From Marsupella aquatica (Eukaryota; Plantae; Marchantiophyta), in NCBI GenBank assembly GCA_973895155.1, contig OZ316898.1, positions 188,751-252,750 on the forward strand: a stretch of DNA of 64,000 nt, in the 5' to 3' direction. Under the pieces are notes generated by a model, which saw nothing but the letters and a program-made list of their open reading frames with translations, was not told the origin of the DNA and did not search any database. A program made the position numbers and the translations under genes. The number at the start of each line of letters is the position of its first letter. Position 1 is the first letter of the stretch. Of the stretch, positions 43,459 to 54,444 are shown in pieces.

Positions 43459-46400
43459 TCACCAGTAATCACCACAAGAACACACTCCATCTTTAAAATG
43501 GTGGAACCGATTTGCATCCCTCGCAATAATCTCGCGTCCTGTCACCCTAGAGATATACTTGGTTGCTGAGTGGCAATCTGAACACACCCGAAGGTTCTTA
43601 TTTACACGAATTGGTTCTCCCAAAGGTAGGTGCATGAGTCCGTAAACAATAGCCAACTTCTCACTATGCGAGCAAAGAGCTAGCTCTTTATCCTCCTCAT
43701 TAATATCATGCACCACAAGCTTGGTATCCGGAATGTAGCCTTCAGCCTTCAGCTTTTCACTCAATTTACTCAGCTCAGAATAGATCGCCTCCGCTTCTGG
43801 GTGAGATGTATCCCCCACAACAAATTCATGGATCTTGTTATCAACATCAATCCAGCAACGTCCTGGTTCCTTCCGAACACCTCTCTCTTGCATCATAGTG
43901 CGCACAGATGACACCTTCTCCCACTTCCCAGCTGCTGCATAGATATTGGAGAGCAGCACATATGTAGAGGCCTTACCAGGTTCCAACTTGAAAAGCTCGT
44001 TAGCGGCCCGTTCACCCAGCTCCACGTTACCGTAAGTTCTACAAGCCCCAAGCAAGGCTGTCCAAGTCACATCATCTGGTTCGATCGGCATCTTACTGAT
44101 GAACTGCGTTGCTTCCTCCAAGTGTCCCGCCCGCCCAAGAATATCCACCATGAGGTTATAGTGAACAACAATACGCTCGATACCATAATCTTGCGTCATA
44201 GCTGAAAAGATTCTACGGCCATCATCAACAAGGCCTCCATGAGAACACGCTGACAACACAGCTATGAATGACGTCTCGGTGGGCTTCACATGGTCTGCAT
44301 TCATTTGCCGGAAAAGTTCCAGGGCTTTATGCCCATGTCCGTGTTGTGCAAGTCCACCGATCATTACATTCCATGTGATAACATCGCGTTTCCCGAGTCT
44401 GTCAAAAACTTGTTGGGCGTCATCTATACTGCCACTCTTTGCATACATGTGAAGGAGTGCGTTGCCCACACGCAGATCCGACTCCAGTCCAGCTTTCCTA
44501 GCGTGGCCATGAACCTCCTTCACCCACTCCAAAGCCCCCGCACTTGCAGATGCACTCAGAATACTCAGATAAGTGATTGCATCTGGTTCGAAGCCTTCAA
44601 GTCTCATTTGGAGAAACAGTCGATATGCTTCATGCCCACATCCATGTTGTGCAAGTCCACCGATCATTATATTCCATGTGACAACATCACGTTTCTCCAT
44701 TCTGTCGAAAACCAGTCGGGCATCATCTATACTGCCACTTTTTGCATACATGTGAACCAGCGCACTACCCACACGCAAATCTGACTCTAGTCCCGCTTTG
44801 CTAGCATGGCCATGAACTTCCTTCACCCATACCAAAGCCCCCTCACTTGCAGATGCATTGAGAATACTAGCATAAGTAAATGCATTTGCTTCGAAGCCTT
44901 CACGTCTCATTTGAAGAAACAGTCTATATGCTTCTTCCCCACATCCATGTTGTGCAAGTCCACCGATCATTAAGTTCCAAGTGAATACATCGCGTTTCTC
45001 CATTCTGTCAAAAACCAGTCGAGCATTATCTATACTGCCACTCTTTGCATACATGTGAACCAGTGCATTCCCCACACGCAAATCCGACTCCAGTCCGGCT
45101 TTGCTAGCGTGGCCATGAACCTCCTTCACCCACTCCAAAGCTCGCGCACTTGCAGATGCATTCAGGATGCTCAGATAAGTGATTGCATCTGGTTCGAAGC
45201 CTTCCAGTCTCATTTGGAGAAACAATCGATATGCTTCATACCCACATCCATGTTGTGCAAGTCCCCCAATCATGGTATTCCATGTTATAACGTCACGTTT
45301 CTCCATTTTGTCGAAAACCAGTCGGGCATCATCTATACTGCCACTCTTGGTATACATGTGAACGAGTGCACTGCCCACACGCAACTTCGACTCAAGTCTG
45401 GCTTTGCTAGCGTGGCCATGAACCTCCTTCACCCACTCCAAAGCCCCCGCACTTGCAGGTGCATTCAGAATACTCGCATAAGTGAACGCATCTGGTTCAA
45501 AGCCGTCCCGTCTCATTTGGAGAAACAATCGGAATGCTTCATGCCCACATCCATGTTGTGCAAGTCCTCCTATCATTACATTCCAAGTGACTACATCGCG
45601 TTTCTCCATTCTGTCAAACACCAGTCGGGCATCATCTATGCTGCCACTCTTTGCATACATGTGAACGAGTGCAATGCCCACACGCAGATCCGACTCCAGT
45701 CCGGCATTTCTAGCATGGCCATGAACCTCCTTCACCCACTCCAAAGCCCCCGCACTTGCAGATGCATTCAGAATACTCGCATAAGTGAATGCATTTGGTT
45801 CGAAGCCTTCCCGTCTCATTTGGAGAAACACTCGATATGCTTCATGCCCAGATCCATGTTGTGCAAGTCCCCCAATCATGGTATTCCATGTGACAACATC
45901 ACGTTTCTCCATTCTGTCAAACACCAGTCGGGCATCATCTATACTGCCACTCTTCGCATACATGTGAACGAGTCCAATGCCCACACGCAAATCCGACTCC
46001 AGTCCGGCATTTCTAGCATGGCCATGAACCTCCTTCACCCACTCCAAAGCCCCCGCACTTGCAGATGCATTCAGAATACTCGCATAAGTGAATGCATCTG
46101 GTTCAAAGCCTTCCCGTCTCATTTGGAGAAACAATCGATATGCTTCGTGCCCACATCCATGTTGTGCAAGTCCTCCTATCATTACATTCCATGTGATTAC
46201 GTCGCGTTTCTCCATTCTGTCAAAAACCAGTCGGGCATCATGTATACTGCCACTCTTTGCATACATGTGAACGAGTGCATTGCTCACACGCAAATCCGAC
46301 TCCAGTCCGGCTTTGCTAGCGTGGCCATGAACCTCCTTCACCCACTCCAAAGCCCCCGCACTTGCAGATGCATTCAGGATGCTCAGATAAGTGATTGCAT

Positions 46401-47964
46401 CCGGTTCGAAGCCTTCCCGTCTCATTTGGAGGAATAGTCGATATGCTTCCACACCATGACCAGCTTCTGCATATGCTCTAAGCATTGCAGTCCATGTCAC
46501 TCCATCACGTTTCTCCATTCTGTCAAAAACTAGTCGGGCGTCATCGATACTGCCACTCTTTGCATACATTTGTAAGAGGGCAGTCGCTACACGCACATCT
46601 GATTCAAAGCCAGTATGTCGAATATACACATGAACTTCCTTTCCCCATTTTAGAGCTAATGGGTAGGCACATGCCTTCAGGATGCTCAGATATGTGATCT
46701 CATTAGGCTGCACGCCTTCTTGGCGCATTTGATTGAAAAGCTCGAATGCAGACTGAACATGATCACTCTTAGCATATCCTGCAATCATGTTGGTCCAAGT
46801 AATAACATTCTTCTTCTTAAGTTGATCAAAAACTCGGCGTGCATCCAACAATGCCCCACATTTAATGAACACATTCAAGAGGGTTACCGCCACATATTGA
46901 TTCTTATCCATTCCACTCTGGATGATGTGGTCTTGCACCTGCTTCGCCGCTAAAAGGTCTTTCTGTTTTGAGCACATCTGCAGAACTTTCACATATGTGT
47001 ACGAGTTTGTAGTAATGCCTCGTTGCAGACGATTCTGCAACACAGCAATTGCTTGACTCGTGGTCCCCACGCCATGCATGTCATTACTACCATCCCGTTG
47101 TGCACTGTCTCGAGAGCAATCTCTGCTGCCAGAATTGGAAAGAGATCGAAATCCACCTTGACCAGTCAAATCGAGCCCTGCCTCCCTCCAATTTACTTTC
47201 CTGAGCAGCTCCTCGGTTATCAGGTGTTGCCTTCCTAAATTGTCAGGCACCCTTTCTTCACAGATAGCTGAAGATTGCTTCTTTTCCTCCCTGGATAGCG
47301 GTTCCGGCTTTCGAATCTCTTGTACACCGTTTGCTGTCATACATCTGGTTAATTTCGCTTCTATGTCACCAGTTCGTTCGAGTTGCACTTTCAAGCTGTC
47401 AGTGTTCTGTTGACGTGATTCAATCCCACCAACGACTTTATGTGAAGGGTTCCGATTCTGCTCGATCACCTTTGCAGCTTCCCTCCACGTGACAGCTCCT
47501 GGGCGAGTTTTAGCGGATGGTGCCTCCAGCTGTGCTACATGGTTGTCATGCCCCGTTACACTTTGAAAACCAGCGCGGGCTTCAGATTCCCCGTTGTATT
47601 CAGGCTGTGCTGATTGAACTTCCCTCCCATACAGCTCGACAACCTTCTTCTGAAGCCTCCACTGATCACGAAATGTGTCGAGCTCGTGCTGCACCCGCTG
47701 TAGGCACGGGCTGTAAATTTTTGCCACGCCAGACATCTGCCGGATGACGGGGCCCAAAATTCCATATGCACGAGATTCCAATCTGCCTTGAGTAATCAAT
47801 TTGAGCCTTGCCTTCGCCCATGCTGGAGTGGAGCAGCCATCCACCCAAAGTGCTTTCTTTGTCATCTTATGATTAAAGTCAGGTGTTCTGGGCTTCCTCT
47901 GTGAGCACCACAACCCACGATCAGATCGACCAGCACAAAATGCAAGCGACTCCACGAGGTGCAA
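43459..47964 (-). CDS. PLS-class pentatricopeptide repeat protein with E1/E2/DYW deaminase domain (organellar RNA editing or processing factor)
   Basis: About 29 PPR motifs (L, S, eight PLS triplets, P2L2S2); PG box PGRCWIDV; HSEKLA..CSDCH zinc site; terminal DYW. True start may lie in an upstream exon. Confidence 0.97.
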   Translation of the reverse strand: MHLVESLAFCAGRSDRGLWCSQRKPRTPDFNHKMTKKALWVDGCSTPAWAKARLKLITQGRLESRAYGILGPVIRQMSGVAKIYSPCLQRVQHELDTFRDQWRLQKKVVELYGREVQSAQPEYNGESEARAGFQSVTGHDNHVAQLEAPSAKTRPGAVTWREAAKVIEQNRNPSHKVVGGIESRQQNTDSLKVQLERTGDIEAKLTRCMTANGVQEIRKPEPLSREEKKQSSAICEERVPDNLGRQHLITEELLRKVNWREAGLDLTGQGGFRSLSNSGSRDCSRDSAQRDGSNDMHGVGTTSQAIAVLQNRLQRGITTNSYTYVKVLQMCSKQKDLLAAKQVQDHIIQSGMDKNQYVAVTLLNVFIKCGALLDARRVFDQLKKKNVITWTNMIAGYAKSDHVQSAFELFNQMRQEGVQPNEITYLSILKACAYPLALKWGKEVHVYIRHTGFESDVRVATALLQMYAKSGSIDDARLVFDRMEKRDGVTWTAMLRAYAEAGHGVEAYRLFLQMRREGFEPDAITYLSILNASASAGALEWVKEVHGHASKAGLESDLRVSNALVHMYAKSGSIHDARLVFDRMEKRDVITWNVMIGGLAQHGCGHEAYRLFLQMRREGFEPDAFTYASILNASASAGALEWVKEVHGHARNAGLESDLRVGIGLVHMYAKSGSIDDARLVFDRMEKRDVVTWNTMIGGLAQHGSGHEAYRVFLQMRREGFEPNAFTYASILNASASAGALEWVKEVHGHARNAGLESDLRVGIALVHMYAKSGSIDDARLVFDRMEKRDVVTWNVMIGGLAQHGCGHEAFRLFLQMRRDGFEPDAFTYASILNAPASAGALEWVKEVHGHASKARLESKLRVGSALVHMYTKSGSIDDARLVFDKMEKRDVITWNTMIGGLAQHGCGYEAYRLFLQMRLEGFEPDAITYLSILNASASARALEWVKEVHGHASKAGLESDLRVGNALVHMYAKSGSIDNARLVFDRMEKRDVFTWNLMIGGLAQHGCGEEAYRLFLQMRREGFEANAFTYASILNASASEGALVWVKEVHGHASKAGLESDLRVGSALVHMYAKSGSIDDARLVFDRMEKRDVVTWNIMIGGLAQHGCGHEAYRLFLQMRLEGFEPDAITYLSILSASASAGALEWVKEVHGHARKAGLESDLRVGNALLHMYAKSGSIDDAQQVFDRLGKRDVITWNVMIGGLAQHGHGHKALELFRQMNADHVKPTETSFIAVLSACSHGGLVDDGRRIFSAMTQDYGIERIVVHYNLMVDILGRAGHLEEATQFISKMPIEPDDVTWTALLGACRTYGNVELGERAANELFKLEPGKASTYVLLSNIYAAAGKWEKVSSVRTMMQERGVRKEPGRCWIDVDNKIHEFVVGDTSHPEAEAIYSELSKLSEKLKAEGYIPDTKLVVHDINEEDKELALCSHSEKLAIVYGLMHLPLGEPIRVNKNLRVCSDCHSATKYISRVTGREIIARDANRFHHFKDGVCSCGDYW

Positions 47965-50559
47965 TGAATTGTTTTTGATTTGTTTCAGCAGTCAAGACCA
48001 TATTTCTACAATCAAACGGTAACAACAGGAAAGCAGACCGGTAAGTCCCTGGTTCTTGGGCTAGGACCCTACATCCGTCCAAAGATATATTTTCTTGTCT
48101 CCTGTGATCTGCTGCTATATTTCGTACGGAAAACGTGCAAAAGCGATATAACCCGGTTTCAATTGAGAGTAACGGCGATCTGTCAAGAATGCAATGGTCT
48201 CAGAATATACGGAAATAATTGTGAGAGGCATATCCAGGTAGCTAAATAATCTATATGCTCGTTCACACTCCAGTACACTTTGCAGTCCTGGCCGTATGGA
48301 AATGCAGGGGAATCATTGTTTGGCAACTCGGTGATCACTCGATCAATGATGCCAGCGTTGGCCATATCCACATCTACACCTGAGAGTGTAAAAACCAAAT
48401 ACGAGAACAAATCCAACGTTAGGCATCAGGAAGAGTTGACTCATCCACATCAAACCAAGGTAGGGATAACTCCCCCAAAATTACATTCTCACTAAAGCAA
48501 ATCCACCTAACTAGGACAGAGTTGAGCTCTCTTCTAAAGGTTTTCCCTTCTCTACTAGGACTTCCGCATGTTTGTATTAGAGCCTTTTCCCAAATTTTTG
48601 GATGCTGCACAACTCAAGGTACACCAGAATTTGTATTTCAATTACAAACAATTTTAGTGAAAGCCGAATCCTTCTAGATTTTACACCAACCACGCCGCTT
48701 GAAAGGGGCAAAACTAAATTCATCGACTGTAATTGCTTAATTAATTCAACAATGCCAGTGCTGCAACGGCTCGTTATTTTCAACTGCTGCATCTCCCTAA
48801 TCATAACAGAACATGAAGAAATCATTTGTAGTAAGACATAGAAAAGTCACACACATCTTGCCTCATCGTATCCAATCTCTAGGCTCTGCCGCTCCAGAAG
48901 CTTGCCCACCACAACTGCTCCTTCCACTCCAGCATTTTGTGCTACGATGTACGCAGGCATCTGTCCAAATCATTTGACAAGTGTTGCTAACACACTGTAG
49001 CAAGCCAAAATCAAAAGCTGTCATGCTTCAAGTCCTTCAAACTTTCAACTTTTGGGAACTTAACAACTGAAATAAAATAAGGAGCTATATAACCTCGGTC
49101 AAGCTTCGTGCCTTCCACTACTTCTAGTTCGTTGTAAAGATTCTTTCCGTCCTCCAACATCGCATTTATCTATACTTAACAGAAGAAAGAACGACGGGAA
49201 TTTCAGTGAGATTTAAATAGGAGGACCAGGATCCGTAGGCAAGTTTGCAAAGGCCTCTGCCACCGTCACACCATCCCTACCAACTTTACGATAACCAAAA
49301 CTTTGCTCTGTAACCATATTTCGACCTTGGAAAAGAGTTACACACAGCAATGAGTGACTAGTATAAGGCTGTCGCGCACCTACAACACACCTAGACATAA
49401 TTTTATGAGGACAATGTTTACGGTTGTTCACTTGTTGAAGAGCAAATCTTCTGCAAGATGAAGCATGCCGAGGAAAGGCTCAGCAACTTAGTGGAGAATC
49501 GGAAACTCTAGCTATAAAACACATCTTCCCGGGTGATCGCTACACCAGCGAACGTTCACAAACACGTCCTAAAGTATCCCATATTGTCACCAATCCTCAC
49601 TTCCTTAGAAGACAGCGATTTCTCCGTGTATTATTTTGTGCACAGTGACACTAGGGGAAGAAATGATGAAGAAGCTAAATATGTTTTCAAAGGCCTAACT
49701 CTGTAAATCCAAGCTCCCAGTTAGCAAATCCATCTTATTCCACTACGTACCATGACCGAAATCTCATGCCCTAAAAAGATGCCCGGCAGCTCCCATACAC
49801 TACTGTGTCCCAGAATACAGATCCCGGCTCATACACAACCTCAGGAAAAGATAAACCCGGGACCTGATCACCTCTTCCGCTTACTACGACCATGTTGCAG
49901 CAGGGATTCCAAAGACGAAGACAAAAGAAAATGCACTAAGAGATGGGGTGAATAACCGACTGAGAGCCAAGAATAGAAGAGCAAACCCACCTTGCAGCAC
50001 TCACAAAATGTTGTCCCCGGCTGCATTGTCGCTGCCCGCGTATCATCAATTGGGCATGAAGCACTACTCCACACCTGCATTTGTTGTATGTCATGTTGAC
50101 AAGCCATATAACATACATTATGTCCTTATGTTAAAATTTACACCATTTGAATAAAATTCAGTGTTTTCCTGGCACTTGAACCATTTTGCCATCAAGTTTT
50201 GCCTTTAGATGAAAAAAATTCTCAAGAAAAAAATTCTCAAGTGGGGTTTCCCTTTGTCTTTTGATCCACTATTCTTATTACTTTATCACATCTATTTTGT
50301 CTCAAGCACTTTTGGTACTCATCTCTATTGATGTTCAAAGAACGGGTAATGGGAGCTAGTATATCAAATGGGAGCTAGTATATCAAACTGCCAAAAAGCA
50401 GGAGGCGCTGAACTGGGAGACATGACCAAAAACCCAATTAAGGGAGAACAAGAAAAGTACCAAAAAGCCAAAAAGACCAGGCACTAGTACAACTAAGGAA
50501 AACAAAAGACACACCAACCAAAAACTCTACCTATCTGCAAATTGAAGAGTTTGGTAAAG

Positions 50560-51140
50560 CTTAGGCATGAACTTCGTAGGAGGGTCAAGCAAGGGAATCC
50601 AACCAGATGCCTGGAATCCAACCGCCTCTCCTTGACAAAGAATAGTGAAGGCTTGTGCTTGCTGAAGTGCAATAGATACCCGTTGTCTATAAAAGGCCGT
50701 GATAACAGACATGGGGGAATAAGGCCATCGCTCGACATAATGAATCACACAAGAACTCAAGAAATGGTCGACTCAAAAAGCGGGTGCAACGCTCCAAAGA
50801 CCTCCACAGCAAACGGATAGAAAAGGTCCCTCGGGTAACGTGTAGCATAAGCCTCCTCTTGAAGGCGAGCAGCCCTTGCTGCAGCATGGCCCCGGATATG
50901 GGCAGCGGATGCCACATTGGCTCCACTTGTAGGGTCAGCAACAACCACATCCCCAAGGGCACAAACACCAGATTGAGAGAAGACCAATTAGCATGATGCC
51001 TGTTTGGAACTCCATCCTGAGCGGTAACACATGGTGCTGCTCCATCATAACATGATACCCAAAATCATGATCAATGGCAGCCACCACATCCCAGCTGTAT
51101 GTCATCATATGTTGTCGTTCGCTTGCTACCATGACCACAC
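50560..51140 (-). mobile_element. Decayed 3' fragment of a restriction-like-endonuclease non-LTR retrotransposon (CRE-like)
   Basis: Frameshifted DVVAAI..GYHV..EQHHVLP / GDVVVADPT..AAARAA..Y..FYPFAVEVFGAL / RQRVSIALQQAQA. Confidence 0.7.
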
Positions 51141-52614
51141 CCCTGGGCCCTCATATTACAAAATAACGAAACACACGTGCAAACGTCCGATGGGTATTAA
51201 ATATCGATTTCGCAAATAATATTATAACACCATTAGAACAAACAAGGTCCTTATATATCGTCGCAACAGATTAGAATAGGTGAAGGGTTTTTTTAAAGGT
51301 GTCCCAAAGTTAATCAATTGAAGGGCCATTTTAATATGCAATGACACGCGTCACTTTCTCATTCGACCACGTGTCACCTGACCAGTGGCTTAGGGTTTAC
51401 GGGTTTTGGGGGGAACGGTGGTCAAAGTGTCGTGCGGGGTGTCATGTTCCCCCCTTTGCCCCTCCTACTTTGTAGGAGCCGTCCGATGTAGGATGCCCTA
51501 GATCGGACGGCCAGGAGAATGAAGGACACTCGGGGCGGTGGGGCTCGGGGAGACGGTGCGAGAGGGTGGGATTGGAGGGGCGGGAGGAGGGGTCTCCGAA
51601 GAGGTCCGAGTCAGGGCCATACTTTGGGGCTTTCGGACTTTCGGACGTTTTTGCCAGTTTCTCCCTCCAGCACTGCAGTTTCTTCACTCGTTTCTTCGTC
51701 ATCTCGCTCCGCATCTCGCGTGATCTTGAGTTGGAGTTTGGGCAAAAGTGTTCGACGTTCGGTCCCGCGTTTGTTTGAACTCTCGGGATTTCTCTGGGGC
51801 TTTGTCCCGGGCTTTGTGAACGTGTCTGTGCCCCGGTCTGTGCACTCACTCTCACTCTCTTCTGGGACTCTCTTGCATTCAGGCTTTCATTCCTGTCCCG
51901 ATTCCCATGTCCATTTCGTGATCAAGTCTGTAAGGGAATTTTGTAAGCTGATTGCGAGCTGGGCGGGGAGCTGGGCGGGGAGCTGAGGCTACATTTCGAC
52001 CTTGGCCATTGCAGCGGGCATTGCAGACGGGGTTGCGGGCTGCATTTTGACCTTGGCCGAGTTGGACCCCGGTTTTTCTCACCAATCTCGGGACCGATCG
52101 AAGCTCGGGGACGGGCAGTGGGATCAACTGGCAGGTCAACTGGTCAAAGATAATTCCTGAGGTAATTGTTATAAATGGTACCAATCCTGCTTCCTACTGT
52201 TTGGAATCAGCGAAACCATGGGCAAAGATTGTGCCGGTGATTTGAGTTGAGGCACAAGTGCATTTTGTTGTTGCTGCCTCCAGGGCTGCCTCTTGCCCGG
52301 CCTCTTGTCTTCAACATTTCGGACTGTGCTTTTCTGTTGCTGGCTTTTCAGGCGGAAGACTTATCTCGCTTTTTGTTTTGTAGGTTGGTGGTGACTATAG
52401 TCAACACCGGCCGCGGCACCGACAGGAATCCTGCAGCATATTAGGGCATGGTCCGCGGCAAGAAGGGACATTAACGGGGACATTAAGTTTGTGTCTGTGG
52501 CAATTTGTGTTGGTTTGTGTTTGTGACAGTTTCTATCGCTCTGCCCCGCGCTCTGCTTGTTCCCGCATGCTACAAAAGCTATGTTCAAAAGAAAGGGTGG
52601 TCATGCATGTGTTT

Positions 52615-54444
52615 TGTCACGCGATTGACATGGGTCTTAACACCAAAAACGTCACTATGGGTGCCAGAACCATCTCCTTGTACCTGAGGATCACGAGGGG
52701 ATGTTGTGAAGGCCGGTAAACACCAATTTATGGCCTTAACACCTGACTATCATAGCAAGACTCTATCACACATCACCCAAGCTCAATCCCAAGGAACCAA
52801 GGTTGGGGATCAGATCTGCGCTCATGATAGTTCTGGTGAGAAGGGGTCTTCATATCGGGCCCATACACACAGGGCCTAGCGCTACGGTGCGCTTAGGTCT
52901 ATACATATGCTTACTATCATAGGTATGTTTCTATTCCGCCGCCGGAATGTACCCATAAACCAGTGACTCCTGACTGATTCCCGGCTTAGGGACTTCTAAG
53001 CCATTGCCCCACCACTCTGCCATTCCACTCTCAGCAATCAGAGCTATGACAGTCCTCACCTTGCTTCAATGCACCCTGTACACCTCTTAGTGGCGCTGCT
53101 AGTCCCATCATACACTCAGATTGTCTCACACACACACACATCCATGAGAGAAATGAGGCCTGAGAGGAAAACTCAATTAGATTCAAAGATGTGCACAATA
53201 GTTCACTGAGAACACTTGATCCGAACACTAGGGCCGAAGGCTGTCTCCTCCAGATTGTGACATGCTTGCCCCGCAAGCCCCATGCTTGCCATGCAAGCTC
53301 AATCCTGAACCTGAGCCCGGCTCACTCCAGATTGCGACGGCATATTGGACTCCAACCAATCCCGTACTTGCCTTGCAAACTCAATCCTGAACTCAACCTC
53401 CTTCACTGCACTTCATTCTTGGGGGCACATACAGATCTCACACCTCCAATTCAGAACGTCAAGTTACGCATGCATAGTTGACTCAACTTCAAAGCTGGTA
53501 CCAGGCCTAACGACGATCTACCCCAGACTGCAATGAGGCCCGGCCTCATGCTTGCCTTGCAAGCTCAGCTCTGGCCATAAATCCCTTAGTGCTCTCTACC
53601 AGACAAAGGCCGGGACTCCCCATGGATCACGTAGCCTTGCCAGACCGAACTGTAAATGCTCCTTCTGCTGCCCCTCAATCAGTATCTCAGCCTCCCTAAT
53701 GTGCTCACCACAAATCAAATTGACATCCTCCCCATAGTTTACAATCACCAATACATCACCTATCACCAAGGCTCTGTATCGGGGGAAAAGAACCCAGTTG
53801 TGTTGCCCACTAGAAAGAGCCACAATCCAGCTCGCAAACCTAGCAACCCGTTGCAGCTGTGAAGCTTGGCTGATTACTCCCTGAGTAATAGCACAACCAA
53901 GCTCTCCCCAACACGCAGCGTCCAAGTCCAGCCTTGCTTGCAGAGAGCTCCTCCCTGCTGCTCAGTCTAAGTGAGATCACACAACTGAAGTCCCCCCCCC
54001 CCTTGCCTCTACCGGGGGGCTGCTCTATATACCCTCATATTGAGCCCAAATGGGTGGATACTACGCTGCTGGAGCCCCATCCCATCCCTAACAGAGCCGC
54101 CACTATCTCTAACTACTGAACCCTAACTCGCAACTTTATTTCTATCTCGAATTGGCTATGTACTTCGGATTTGGCCCTCCTCCATGGTTTTTGCGAGCTT
54201 GCGCCTCCTCTCCCGATTTCTCTATTCAACCATTTGCTGCGTGGATAGCAGCGTTGGAAGCGGCTTGAGCTCCTCTTTCCAACGAGGTCAATTACAGCCG
54301 ATTTGGTCAAATACACAGAGAGTTATGCCCCCGCAACCGAGAGGGGGTACTCACTGCTGCGCTAACCCGAGTTACATAGCTAACCCGAGTTCGGCTAACC
54401 TAGCTATCCTATCTAACCCGAGTAGAGCTAACCCGTGGTCTCGG
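52615..54444 (-). mobile_element. Family Z LTR (3' part) interrupted by insertion of a family X element
   Basis: Matches 22956-24685; abuts the X LTR end at 54445; predicted TSD CTCGG (54440-54444). Confidence 0.9.

Noticed and set aside
44264-46437. 460-aa and repeated 60-aa plus-strand ORFs
   Set aside because: Antisense shadows of the PPR triplet repeats
48000-52610. Short ORFs upstream of the PPR gene, other than the LINE remnant
   Set aside because: No recognisable products; probably introns, UTR or promoter sequence
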